A stretch of 64,000 bases of DNA from the NCBI GenBank assembly GCA_964522205.1, contig CAZFTG010000001.1:49854-113853 (forward strand), given 5' to 3'. Origin of the DNA: an uncultured Thermoproteales archaeon (GTDB lineage Archaea > Thermoproteota > Thermoprotei > Thermofilales > B20-G17). Below the pieces are notes generated by a model. The model was given only the letters and a program-made list of their open reading frames with translations, ran no database searches and was not told the origin of the DNA. Of the stretch, positions 38,343 to 46,906 are shown in pieces. Within the stretch, counting starts at the first letter, position 1, and each line of letters starts with the position of its first letter. The translations under genes and the position numbers were made by a program.

Positions 38343-39485
38343 GTGAAGATAAGTAGAGTAGGAATAGCAGACCTTCCACTCCACCGTGGAGGAGTACCGA
38401 AATGGCTAATAGACAGAATGATAAAATTAGGTAGTGAAATAACTCATCTGATCGTAGAGGAATATGGTCGAAAAGAACTCCTTCTTAGACTATCTAACCC
38501 CTTCTGGTTTCAAGCATTGGGATGTGTTCTTGGTTTCGATTGGCACTCCTCGGGTCTGACAACAGTAGTTACTGCTATCCTCAAGACTGTGATTAATAGA
38601 GAGGAAATGGGCATTATAGTAGTGGGAGGAAAGGGCAAGAGAGCACTAAAAACCCCTAAGGAAATAAGTATCTATGGAGAGCGAATTGGAATCTCATCGG
38701 ATAAAATTGAATTTCTGAAAAAAATAAGTAGACTTACTGCTAAAGTGGATAACTGCGCTATTCAAGACGGATATAACATTTATCACCACTCTATGCTGAT
38801 AACTAATGAAGGACATTGGACTGTGATCCAACAGGGGATGAATTTAGAAAATAGGTACGCTAGAAGATACCACTGGTTCAGTGAGAGTATAAGAGATCCT
38901 GTCGAAGAGCCACACTCGGGAATAATCAGTGAAAGAATAGAACCCCTAGTATTAGACATGACTTCCAGAATTAGTAGAGACGCTCGTAAGACCTCAGTGG
39001 ATATAGTAAATGAGGGGGCTAAGCATATCAAAAGACTTATTTATCAGCTTAGATCTACAGTTCGATCTGAAAGTATTATAAAGTGGTTAAATCCTAATGG
39101 TTACCGACCTACTCCTCGTCCTAAGGTGATTTACTTGTCTATGCCTAAGAACATAAATTGGAATGCCATAGAAAGAGCTTATGAACTATCTCCTAAGAAT
39201 TACGAAGAGCTTCTATTAGTAGAGGGAATAGGTCCCTCAACTATAAGAGCACTTGCACTCATCTCAGAGCTCATATATGGAGATGAGGTAAGTTGGAAAG
39301 ACCCTGCAAAGTACTCCTTCGCCTTTGGAGGCAAAGATGGTGTTCCCTACCCTGTCAATACTAGGTGTATGGATGAAGCTATTCAATTCCTAAGAGATGT
39401 AGTGATAGCTTTAAGAACAGATGAAAAGAATAAACGTCAAGCTTTAAATAGACTAAGAATCCTTCAATCGAGACTACGGAACTAG
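38343..39485 (+). CDS. DUF763-family protein
   Basis: 380 aa with a GTG start abutting the birA stop. ADLPLHRGGVPKWLIDRMIKLG...LSNPFWFQALGCVLGFDWHSSGLTTVV matches what I recall of the archaeal/bacterial DUF763 family. Confidence 0.55.
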   Translation: MKISRVGIADLPLHRGGVPKWLIDRMIKLGSEITHLIVEEYGRKELLLRLSNPFWFQALGCVLGFDWHSSGLTTVVTAILKTVINREEMGIIVVGGKGKRALKTPKEISIYGERIGISSDKIEFLKKISRLTAKVDNCAIQDGYNIYHHSMLITNEGHWTVIQQGMNLENRYARRYHWFSESIRDPVEEPHSGIISERIEPLVLDMTSRISRDARKTSVDIVNEGAKHIKRLIYQLRSTVRSESIIKWLNPNGYRPTPRPKVIYLSMPKNINWNAIERAYELSPKNYEELLLVEGIGPSTIRALALISELIYGDEVSWKDPAKYSFAFGGKDGVPYPVNTRCMDEAIQFLRDVVIALRTDEKNKRQALNRLRILQSRLRN

Positions 39486-39546
39486 TCGTACCTAGCTCTT
39501 AAGCATACCGATAATTTATTTAATTCGAGTATTACTCTGAACGTGA

Positions 39547-39659
<113 letters not shown>

Positions 39660-39921
39660 ATTTTTAAAAGGAAATCTAGGCTTGAGAGGGGCCTATTATA
39701 CTTAACTTAATAATCCTACTTTTCTTAGGTATCAATGGATACTAGTGAATTTTTCAGTATTCTAGGATCATTTAATCTTATTTCTCTACTGAAAAATCAT
39801 ACTAATTAACGAAAAAGCTCATACTAAGGATATATGAAGAAAATACAATAGTAAATGTATAAATAATTTTATATATTTTTGCTGAAAGATTTTTTATGAC
39901 GAGAGTGAAATTTATACGTCA

Positions 39922-40530
39922 GTGGGGTCAAATGAGGTTAAGATAACGGTTGAGGAGAAAAAGTGCATAATTGCTACTGTGACTTTTGGATCTGAGCTCT
40001 CTCCTGAAGTCAACTTCTTAAGGTCTTTCAGGGATAACCTAATTCCTAAAACACATTCTGGTAGACAGTTCTACATAGCCGATGAATTTTACTACTCCTG
40101 GAGCACACCTGTGGCTAATCTCATAGCATCAAATCAAGTTCTGAAAACCCTAGTTAAGCTACTCATATACCCGCTACTGGGCATACTTAAATTGACCGCT
40201 ATGGCCACCACTGGCCTATTCCAGTTTAACTCCGAAGCAGCTGCTATACTTGCAGGATTTACAGCATCCTCACTTATAGGAGTGGTTTACATCTTACCGA
40301 TCCTACTGGTACTTTCGTTGATAGCTAGAAGAGTGGGCAGAAAACCCAATCCCTCCACTAGATGGATCAAAACTAGCTGGATAGTAGTCCTTATCTCTAT
40401 AGTATTCATAGTTCTCGGCTTGATGATTGGAAGCGATCCTCTGTTAACTGTTTCAACCTCAGTATATGTCTTAGCCAGCATAGCCTCCGCAACTATGTCC
40501 ACATTCAGTCTACTGGCTAGGAGACTCTGA
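39922..40530 (+). CDS. Membrane protein carrying a Cys-motif anchor module (C-IIATVTFGSELSPEVNFLRSFRDN + TM helices)
   Basis: 202 aa with a GTG start. The KCIIATVTFGSELSPEVNFLRSFRDNLI...YYSWSTPVANLIA motif is one I recall at the C-terminal ends of large archaeal surface proteins, whereas here it stands alone. Three to four TM helices follow. Confidence 0.5.
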   Translation: MGSNEVKITVEEKKCIIATVTFGSELSPEVNFLRSFRDNLIPKTHSGRQFYIADEFYYSWSTPVANLIASNQVLKTLVKLLIYPLLGILKLTAMATTGLFQFNSEAAAILAGFTASSLIGVVYILPILLVLSLIARRVGRKPNPSTRWIKTSWIVVLISIVFIVLGLMIGSDPLLTVSTSVYVLASIASATMSTFSLLARRL

Positions 40531-40747
40531 AGACAGGACAACACCCATAGTCCTAAGCCTTATATGTTTTCTTTACTCATATAAGTTATTTGAAATTATC
40601 TTTAGTGATATTCTAGAATGAATTCTTTATGGATAAGAAATTCTTTCGAACATTATTTAGCTTTATAGATGCGATAAAAAATGCTCAGACGAATTACTTC
40701 AGAAGTTTGAAGTTGATGGAGAGGTTATAGTAGTCTATAGGAGATGA

Positions 40748-40822
40748 CGGGCCCGGGGGGATTCGAACCCCCGACCTGCGGCTTAGGAGGCCGCCGCGCT
40801 ATCCTGGCTACGCTACGGGCCC
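40748..40822 (-). tRNA. tRNA-Arg (CCU)
   Basis: Reverse complement: GGGCCCG TA GCGT AGCCAGGATAGCGC G GCGGC CTCCTAA GCCGC AGGTC GGGGG TTCGAAT CCCCC CGGGCCC G. No encoded CCA. Confidence 0.93.
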
Positions 40823-40901
40823 ACTTATATGCTATTCCTATAGTAATATAGCAACTTAGCCTAGTATAAATTGCACTCTATAATTAAAAATCTAGCCTTG
40901 G

Positions 40902-41053
40902 AAAAGTGGAGCCTCCCTTTAAGGCGAGAGTGAACTGTTGTCTTAGCGAAGGTCATAGGATTTCTGCCCTCGCTGTAAAAAACCCTGGATAGCATTTTTA
41001 TTTCTGTGACCGTCGGTGAGCCTTAATGAGTTTTCGGTCTCCTCGGGAGGTCC
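40902..41053 (-). ncRNA. Unclassified structured RNA candidate, copy A (paralog of 63775..63926)
   Basis: The closing helix pairs 41045-41053 with 40908-40917. An inner helix pairs 40924-40930 with 40967-40973. On the minus strand it is preceded by CGTAAAGTTTATAAG, with the first T of the TATA exactly 30 nt upstream of the helix start, and is followed by UUUUCC. Strand was assigned from the promoter, the terminator and a G.U pair that would be A.C on the plus strand. Confidence 0.5.
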
Positions 41054-41075
41054 GATTATTATAGTGAATTAACCC

Positions 41076-41090
41076 CTTATAAACTTTACG
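41076..41090 (-). promoter_or_regulatory. BRE/TATA-like promoter of RNA candidate copy A
   Basis: Minus strand reads CGTAAAG TTTATAAG. The same 13-nt core and the same 30-nt spacing to the transcript's first helix are conserved at copy B (63949-63963), while the sequence in between differs. Confidence 0.5.
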
Positions 41091-41194
41091 TTGGTTTTGC
41101 TTCTAGAACATCTACTGATGGATTACGACAATTCAGATAAAAAATACTGTTTCATCGATTTTAGAAAAGGTTTCACTCCTGATACCTATTAAAG

Positions 41195-41839
41195 TTAGAG
41201 CCTCTGGGATACTGTAATAAGGACTTTATCATCTTCCTTTTCTATATCAGACACCTGTATGTTCTTGATATACGAGATATCTACTCTATCTATCCTTCCA
41301 AAACCTGATGACATTCTCGCATAGAGGTTCTTCACTAATCTAACAAAATATGACTCATCAGCTATATCAGAACATAGAATCACAAAATCTCTCTCGCAAA
41401 CGCAATAATTTACGTATAGGAGAAGTCCACATATACTTACATGAAAATTACCTATCTCCTTTCTTAGATCCTCGGATAATTGACTAAGGACCAGTGATCG
41501 AAGTTCTACTATAGCCTTAAGAGCAAGCTTCTCAACATCCTGTAGGGAGAGAGGGATACTGGATTTCCTGATCTCAGGAACTCGCTCTATGATATCGATT
41601 AAGACCCCTCTTATCATGCAGTCACCAAATGCTCGATAGACCCCATTAAGAGTATGCCTCACTAATGATCTATTTGCAGGAGTGTATATGTGAACCTCAG
41701 GTTGGAAAATAGGCTCCTCAAGATCCTTCAGAGCGATAGTAATCTCCAGGTTCTTACCGCGGTATTTCACAGTAGAGATCTCTTGTAGTATACTCTCCTC
41801 CAGCTCCTTCCATACTGGAAGCGCATGTTCATCAATCAT
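41195..41839 (-). CDS. Hypothetical protein
   Basis: 214-aa ORF with no recognisable motif. Its start is overlapped (ATGA) by a 31-codon upstream ORF ending FYEKIGFISYKK, which looks like a GNAT C-terminal remnant. Confidence 0.45.
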   Translation of the reverse strand: MIDEHALPVWKELEESILQEISTVKYRGKNLEITIALKDLEEPIFQPEVHIYTPANRSLVRHTLNGVYRAFGDCMIRGVLIDIIERVPEIRKSSIPLSLQDVEKLALKAIVELRSLVLSQLSEDLRKEIGNFHVSICGLLLYVNYCVCERDFVILCSDIADESYFVRLVKNLYARMSSGFGRIDRVDISYIKNIQVSDIEKEDDKVLITVSQRL

Positions 41840-42281
41840 AGTACTCCCTTCCTCCTGAGTATCTCCTCGAGCTTATCCTTTTTGTAGCTAATAAATCCTA
41901 TCTTCTCGTAAAAGATCACAAATGACTTCAAATCCCTAATTTTTAGTTGAAAGCTGATCAAAAGAATGTACTCTTAGGAAAAGCTTTATGATAGTTAAGG
42001 TTAAGAATCCTCTCAAGAGAAGGGGTTAGAATAGTTTCGCTAGAGTCTGAGAAAGATTTGACTTTAACCAAACACGTAATTAGTGGTACAGTATAACGCT
42101 CCTAATGGACCTGTCGGCCCTATATGATGGAGTAGAGAGCTGTACGGAGATGAAAACCTAATGCATACCCCCGACCCCCAGAACTTGAATTAATAATAAA
42201 GTACTCTTAATCCACAAAGACTTCATTCATATAGCTTTTCGGCAAAGAATCTAGATTAGCCTAACTTGTTCAAAAAAGTGG

Positions 42282-42383
42282 TAGCCCCGCCGGGATTCGA
42301 ACCCGGGATCTGGGGGTTTCCTCCCCCTAGGGCACCCCTAGGAGTCCAAAGCCCCCCATGCTTGACCGCTACACCACGGGGCT
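42282..42383 (-). tRNA. tRNA-Gln (UUG) with ~28-nt anticodon-loop intron
   Basis: Reverse complement: AGCCCCG TG GTGT AGCGGTCAAGCAT G GGGGG CTTTGG[~28 nt]A CCCCC AGATC CCGGG TTCGAAT CCCGG CGGGGCT A. The A1:U72 pair is typical of archaeal tRNA-Gln. Confidence 0.9.
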
Positions 42384-42427
42384 TCTCTTTAAATTTTGAA
42401 CTATGGTGAGTCTTAAATCTTACTCGG

Positions 42428-42721
42428 TTACTTGGCTGGCTTTACTAGTTTTGCTATTCTCCTAGCTCTTCTCCACAGTGTATACTCGTATATGGCTATG
42501 GTGATTATAGTTATCAGGATTATGATGCCCATGAGGTATCCTACTATTGTGGCTAGTGGTACTCCGAATATCCTACTTGTCGAAATGTGTATTACTGCTT
42601 CCTCTCCTGGTTTTACTACTACTTCTTCTTGTCCTGCTAGAAGCTCTAGTTTTGATGGTACTACTATCATCGTTAGGGCTATGGCTATTAGGGATAGGAT
42701 AAATAATACCTTCAGATTCAC
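42428..42721 (-). CDS. Small secreted/membrane protein, hypothetical
   Basis: 97 aa comprising a signal-like N-terminus, a short ectodomain, a TM helix (LATIVGYLMGIIILITIITIAIY) and a basic tail (RRARRIAKLVKPAK). This is more protein-like than the equally long mirror ORF on the plus strand. Confidence 0.45.
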   Translation of the reverse strand: MNLKVLFILSLIAIALTMIVVPSKLELLAGQEEVVVKPGEEAVIHISTSRIFGVPLATIVGYLMGIIILITIITIAIYEYTLWRRARRIAKLVKPAK

Positions 42722-42856
42722 ATGATCACCGGTGTTATAGTTATATTTTCATACTAATATAAGTTGTTCCTCTATGTTCACTAGTATTTTTCATAATTAA
42801 AATTTATATGTTGCTTATTAGGGTTAAACTTTTTATTCACATTCTTTGATGTATTT

Positions 42857-42913
42857 AGGAGTGATGATTACACACCAAGCTGAGTATTGATGAACCTTTA
42901 GCGGACTGACCAG
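42857..42913 (+). ncRNA. C/D-box sRNA
   Basis: All four boxes are at consensus with canonical spacing: GUGAUGA (C, 42861-42867), 12-nt guide UUACACACCAAG, CUGA (D', 42880-42883), GUAU, UGAUGA (C', 42888-42893), 12-nt guide ACCUUUAGCGGA, CUGA (D, 42906-42909). The location is intergenic. Confidence 0.75.
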
Positions 42914-43285
42914 GGTAATGAAGAAATTCTATCTAAATCCCCCTCTTTATCTAGAAGTAACAAGGCATCACATACAGAGTACAATTAGAGCACTGTTGAA
43001 GAGTGAAAAGGAATCGAGAGAGGGGTTAAGGTATACCAATTCTAAGATCACTGTACTCCAAGCGTTTAGTTAAGGGATTAAGTGAATTTTAAAGGGTTAG
43101 GGTCAGGTCAACTATACAATTGATACCATATGTAGTAGCGCCTGGACGCCTTTGTTTCTTTGTTGTTTTGTTGTATAGTACTTTCATTTTTATGTTCCAT
43201 TTAAGTTTCTTTGAGTATACTATAAATTATAAGGACGAGAACAAATTGAAAGCGGTAATGTTGATACTTATGAATTGTGCTATTA

Positions 43286-43515
43286 CTATAAGAGTTTTAA
43301 CTTCATTGAATAGTTAATCCTCTTAGCTACATCACTTATGTATTTAAAGTCCTGATTGTGAGTAACTAACTCCTCATCTCTATTAAGAGCTATTGCAGCC
43401 ACTAGTAAGTCCTATGTTAAGCTCCTCCCTAAGTTCTTCAATACTAATCCTACCACTCAATCTAGCAATAACCTCCTTAACGATTCTTCTAACTTCCTCT
43501 TCGGAAAGTACTACT
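43286..43515 (-). pseudogene. Remnant of a toxin-antitoxin pair: antitoxin-like N-part fused by deletion/frameshift to a PIN-domain (VapC) C-terminus
   Basis: My minus-strand translation gives (no start codon) GVVLSEEEVRRIVKEVIARLSGRISIEELREELNIGLTSGCNSS*. In the +1 frame it gives DLLVAAIALNRDEELVTHNQDFKYISDVAKRIN..., the characteristic C-terminal strand/helix of PIN-domain toxins (D-x-lIAA-x-Al...LvT-x-d-x-dF). Confidence 0.45.
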
Positions 43516-43779
43516 CCATAAAACTACTCAGAATTAAGGTACAATTTAGTATTTTTTAGGTGTCAAGTCTCTAGCTAGTATTTTAAATATATATCGTCTA
43601 AGAAATATACGAAACCTTGAATTACCAGAAACGCGGCCCTATCAAGTAAGGACTATAGTACTGCTCTATAATTCGTAAGTATAGAATCCAGCTCTTCATG
43701 TGTTAGTGATAGTTCTCTTATTGAACAGTTTGAGCCCTAATGCTTAAAAAGAAGAGAGAAGAGGAGAAATAGAGGATTT

Positions 43780-44076
43780 ATGAGTGGAAGGAGTACCTAT
43801 ACTTGGACACTTATGTTCGTACTAGCTCTCCTTAACGATGGTTTAGACCTTCTAGGTATGCGAAGTCCCATTATAGAGCTAGTACTCGATATAATTATCG
43901 TCATAGCCATATTTCTATTGAGGAGGAAGATAGATCCTTGGATATTGATAATAGCACTATTTGATTTAATACCAGGAATAGATATAGCACCTATTTGGAC
44001 ACTCTACATGTTATACCTCTATTTGACCGAAATGAGTAGGGGCGCTCCTCGAAGAGTAAAGGTAAAGGTAGAGTAG
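43780..44076 (+). CDS. Small membrane protein, hypothetical
   Basis: 98 aa with three hydrophobic helices and a basic C-terminal tail. No family recognised. Confidence 0.4.
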   Translation: MSGRSTYTWTLMFVLALLNDGLDLLGMRSPIIELVLDIIIVIAIFLLRRKIDPWILIIALFDLIPGIDIAPIWTLYMLYLYLTEMSRGAPRRVKVKVE

Positions 44077-44115
44077 AGCTTAAAAATACTTCGAATTGAA
44101 ATAGCTTGTGAAACC

Positions 44116-45162
44116 ATGCCTAGGGAGCTTATAGCTATAGCCCCTAGAAAGCTTATGTTGAGAGAGTATGAAGAAAGACCGCTCAAGCCTAATGAAGTAA
44201 GAGTGAAGAGTATCCTTTCAAGTGAAAAGCATGGTACCGGTCTCCTGATATATCGAGGAGTAACTCCATTTCACGAGAAAAAGTACGACTCTAAAACTGG
44301 TTTATTCCTTCCCCTAAAACCAGGAGAAGCTCCACCAGAAAGATATCCAAGACCGCTAGGAAACATGACTGTCGGTATAGTGACAGAGGTAGGAGATAAA
44401 GTTGAGAGGTTTAGAGTAGGAGATAGAGTTTATGGATATCTACCGATAAGAGAGACACATACAGTACCTGAAACCAGTATTGAGCTTGCACCTTCTGAAC
44501 TGAGTAATGAAGAACTTGTCTGTATTGATCCTGCTGTGGTAGCATTAATGGCGGTAAGAGAGGGACATATAAGACTAGGTGATAAGGTAGCAGTATTTGG
44601 TCTCGGCGCCATAGGACTTATGACCATACAGATGGCTAGGCTCTCGGGTGCGATACTCGTAATAGGTGTAGAGCCTATTGAAAAGAGGAGGAAGCTTGCA
44701 CTTCGCTACGGTGCTGATATAGTACTAGATCCTAGGAAGTATGATGTAGGACTTGAGATCCGTAAATTGACTAATGGAAGAGGAGTGGATGTAACGTTAG
44801 AGTGCAGTGGATCATATAGAGCACTTCACGAGGCTATAAGATCGACTAGATATGGTGGAACCATAGTTCCAGTCTCATGGTATCATGGGGAGGCTAGAGG
44901 ATTGTACTTAGGTGAGGAATGGCACTTCAATAGGCAGGTAATGATCTCTGGCGCTAGAGTTGAGAGTGAGCCATACAGGGAATATCCGGGATGGGATAGA
45001 AGAAGAGTGTACGATACAGTGATAGAACTCTTTAAGAGGAGAAGACTGACAGTTGAAGGTATGTTAGACCCGATAGTCAAGTTTGAAGAGGTTATTGAAG
45101 GTTACAGGTTAATAGATGAGAGACCTGAAGAGACAGTAAAACTAGGAGTAGTATACGACTAG
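44116..45162 (+). CDS. Zinc-type alcohol/sorbitol dehydrogenase family (MDR) oxidoreductase
   Basis: 348 aa with a GroES-like N-domain (GDRVYGY) and the Rossmann motif VAVFGLGAIGLMTIQMARLSGA. It has the overall MDR layout. Confidence 0.75.
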   Translation: MPRELIAIAPRKLMLREYEERPLKPNEVRVKSILSSEKHGTGLLIYRGVTPFHEKKYDSKTGLFLPLKPGEAPPERYPRPLGNMTVGIVTEVGDKVERFRVGDRVYGYLPIRETHTVPETSIELAPSELSNEELVCIDPAVVALMAVREGHIRLGDKVAVFGLGAIGLMTIQMARLSGAILVIGVEPIEKRRKLALRYGADIVLDPRKYDVGLEIRKLTNGRGVDVTLECSGSYRALHEAIRSTRYGGTIVPVSWYHGEARGLYLGEEWHFNRQVMISGARVESEPYREYPGWDRRRVYDTVIELFKRRRLTVEGMLDPIVKFEEVIEGYRLIDERPEETVKLGVVYD

Positions 45163-46589
45163 AGCTCTACCTCATAACCGTATTTTCTCCCTATATTTTT
45201 AACTAGCTCACTTAGACTCCTCTCCACATCGGGATCTAGATAAATTGGCTCCGCCTTCTTTAGTAGTTCCATAACCCGCTCATGTGCTATCTCTAAAATA
45301 CTGGGTCTCCCTCTAGCGTACCATGTCGATTTAAAGTACCTATTGAATACTTTAGGAAAGTAGTGTTCGAATCTGAAAGTTTTCAATGTATGCCTATGTG
45401 ATAGAAAGGTCTTTCCTTTATTGACTACATGTTCTATTACATCCATACTTTCTAAGTCTAGATTGAAGCCTCTAGAGTATCTTAATGCATATCCACACAC
45501 ATCGTTATCCAAGACTAGTTTTTCTAGGCTTTGAACACTCTCAGTTTCTATCATACCAGGTCCCGATACCACGTTGATTTTGCGAAGAGTTGCTACTAGT
45601 GCGCCTATACTACTCTCTACTCCAGCCTGGAAATCGATAAGTCTAGTGTCGCTTAGACACATATAGGTATGGGTGGGTAGAGAGAGATGTTTAGCCAGTT
45701 CCACATATGCTGTGGCTACTAGTAGGGTTTCAGGTGTCGTGATAAGTAGAGAGCCATACCTCATATCTAAGATACAGGGAGAACCACCATATATTATAGG
45801 AGAACCTGGATTTACTAATTGTGCTATGGTTATGCCGGATAGGGCTTCTGCATGATGTTGTATTAAAGCCCCTCCTATTGTTGCTGGAGCTGTAGCACCA
45901 AGCTGTGGCATAGGTATTATCTCAATGGGAATACTCCTCCTAGCACAGTCGACTAGATTGCTTACAGTGATCCTACTCCACTTCAGAGGAGGAGAAGGAC
46001 ATACATCAAATACTGCAAGAGGCTTCCTACCAGGGTCGCCTATGACGACTTCCAGTATTTTCAGCATATCAATAACTCCATCAATTGTAAAGGCTCCGGT
46101 GATTATAGGCTTTCTAGAGACCTTTAATATGGGATATAGTCTAATCCTATCTCTTAGCTCTACTGGAACATCGTGTGGAATAAGAGCTGTGCTCTGAAGA
46201 TGTATATTCTCTAGGTGTTCTACTATTAGGGAGAACTTAAATAGGTCCTCTAGTACGGGTTCTCTTGGATCTGTAGATTTGTAGTCTAGTATTCCATTAG
46301 CTGCTGATCCTGGATTAAATAGTACGGTATCCCCAGAGAGGGTAGCATAGGGCTTTCCCTCCCTGGAATAGAGAGTTACTTCCTTGGGTGTTCTCTTCAA
46401 AGCCCACTCAACTACATCTCGGGGGAACTTTACCCTCCCCTTCTCATAACTCAAACCAGCACTCTTCAGTATGTTTAAGGTCCTCTGATCGTTTATCGCT
46501 ACTCCTACGTTTTCTAATAATATTAAAGCCTTTTCATGTAGGATTTCCTTCTCATCTCTACTCAGTAGACTTAAGGTAGGTCTAGGCAT
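45159..46589 (-). CDS. MttB-superfamily (trimethylamine-type) methyltransferase homolog, non-pyrrolysine
   Basis: 476 aa, uninterrupted. The N-terminus LSLLSRDEKEILHEKALILLENVGVAINDQRTLNILKSAGLSYEKGRVKFPRDVVEWALKRTPKEVTLYSR follows the MttB-family consensus closely. Confidence 0.7.
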   Translation of the reverse strand: MPRPTLSLLSRDEKEILHEKALILLENVGVAINDQRTLNILKSAGLSYEKGRVKFPRDVVEWALKRTPKEVTLYSREGKPYATLSGDTVLFNPGSAANGILDYKSTDPREPVLEDLFKFSLIVEHLENIHLQSTALIPHDVPVELRDRIRLYPILKVSRKPIITGAFTIDGVIDMLKILEVVIGDPGRKPLAVFDVCPSPPLKWSRITVSNLVDCARRSIPIEIIPMPQLGATAPATIGGALIQHHAEALSGITIAQLVNPGSPIIYGGSPCILDMRYGSLLITTPETLLVATAYVELAKHLSLPTHTYMCLSDTRLIDFQAGVESSIGALVATLRKINVVSGPGMIETESVQSLEKLVLDNDVCGYALRYSRGFNLDLESMDVIEHVVNKGKTFLSHRHTLKTFRFEHYFPKVFNRYFKSTWYARGRPSILEIAHERVMELLKKAEPIYLDPDVERSLSELVKNIGRKYGYEVEL

Positions 46590-46906
46590 TAGATCACACC
46601 TACTCTGACCTACTGTTAGTGCAAGTATAAGTTATATCTATTGTTAAGACTGATTGAATGCCGATCACTAGGCACTTATTTCATTCTAGAGCCTCTACTG
46701 TTGTTTCTATGCTATGATAGATACCTATTAAGTATTGAAATGGACAACTAATTAGCTCTTTTAGAAAGATGTGTCTGTGGAAACTGCTCTGAGAAAACCG
46801 AAGGTAGAACTGGAGTATAGCGGAAAGTTTATAGCATGTAGTAAACATCTACTTATTAAGAGCATAGAGGAAAATCTATATTAGGAGTATATATTTAGGA
46901 TAAAAC

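Noticed and set aside
40861-41100. Interpreting the two homologous ~235-bp elements (here and at 63744-63975) as att sites of a 23-kb integrated element, as a MITE, or as origin-recognition boxes
   Set aside because: The copies are only about two-thirds identical, whereas att repeats would be near-identical and tRNA-derived. The enclosed 23 kb carries essential genes (three tRNAs and the SRP RNA). The inverted-repeat arms differ between copies in a compensatory way in two separate helices, which a transposase-binding TIR model does not predict. The CTCCACTTTTCC motif does not match the ORB consensus (…TCCAGTGGAAA…) as I recall it. A MITE cannot be fully excluded from only two copies.
42126-42175. 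C/D-box-like arrangement (AUGAUGG ... CGGA GAUGAAA ... CCGA)
   Set aside because: Every box deviates from consensus and D' abuts C' without a spacer. It is probably chance in a slightly GC-richer patch, and it may belong to a decayed gene.
41837-42180. Possible decayed GNAT acetyltransferase upstream of 41195..41839 (minus strand)
   Set aside because: Only the terminal FYEKIGF-type motif and a weak W-G-S-G-V stretch are visible, across several frames. That is too fragmentary to support a pseudogene call.
42432-42725. The plus-strand 97-aa ORF mirroring 42428..42721
   Set aside because: The minus-strand product has a coherent signal/TM/basic-tail organisation and the plus-strand product does not. 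Only one can be real, and even that one has modest confidence.
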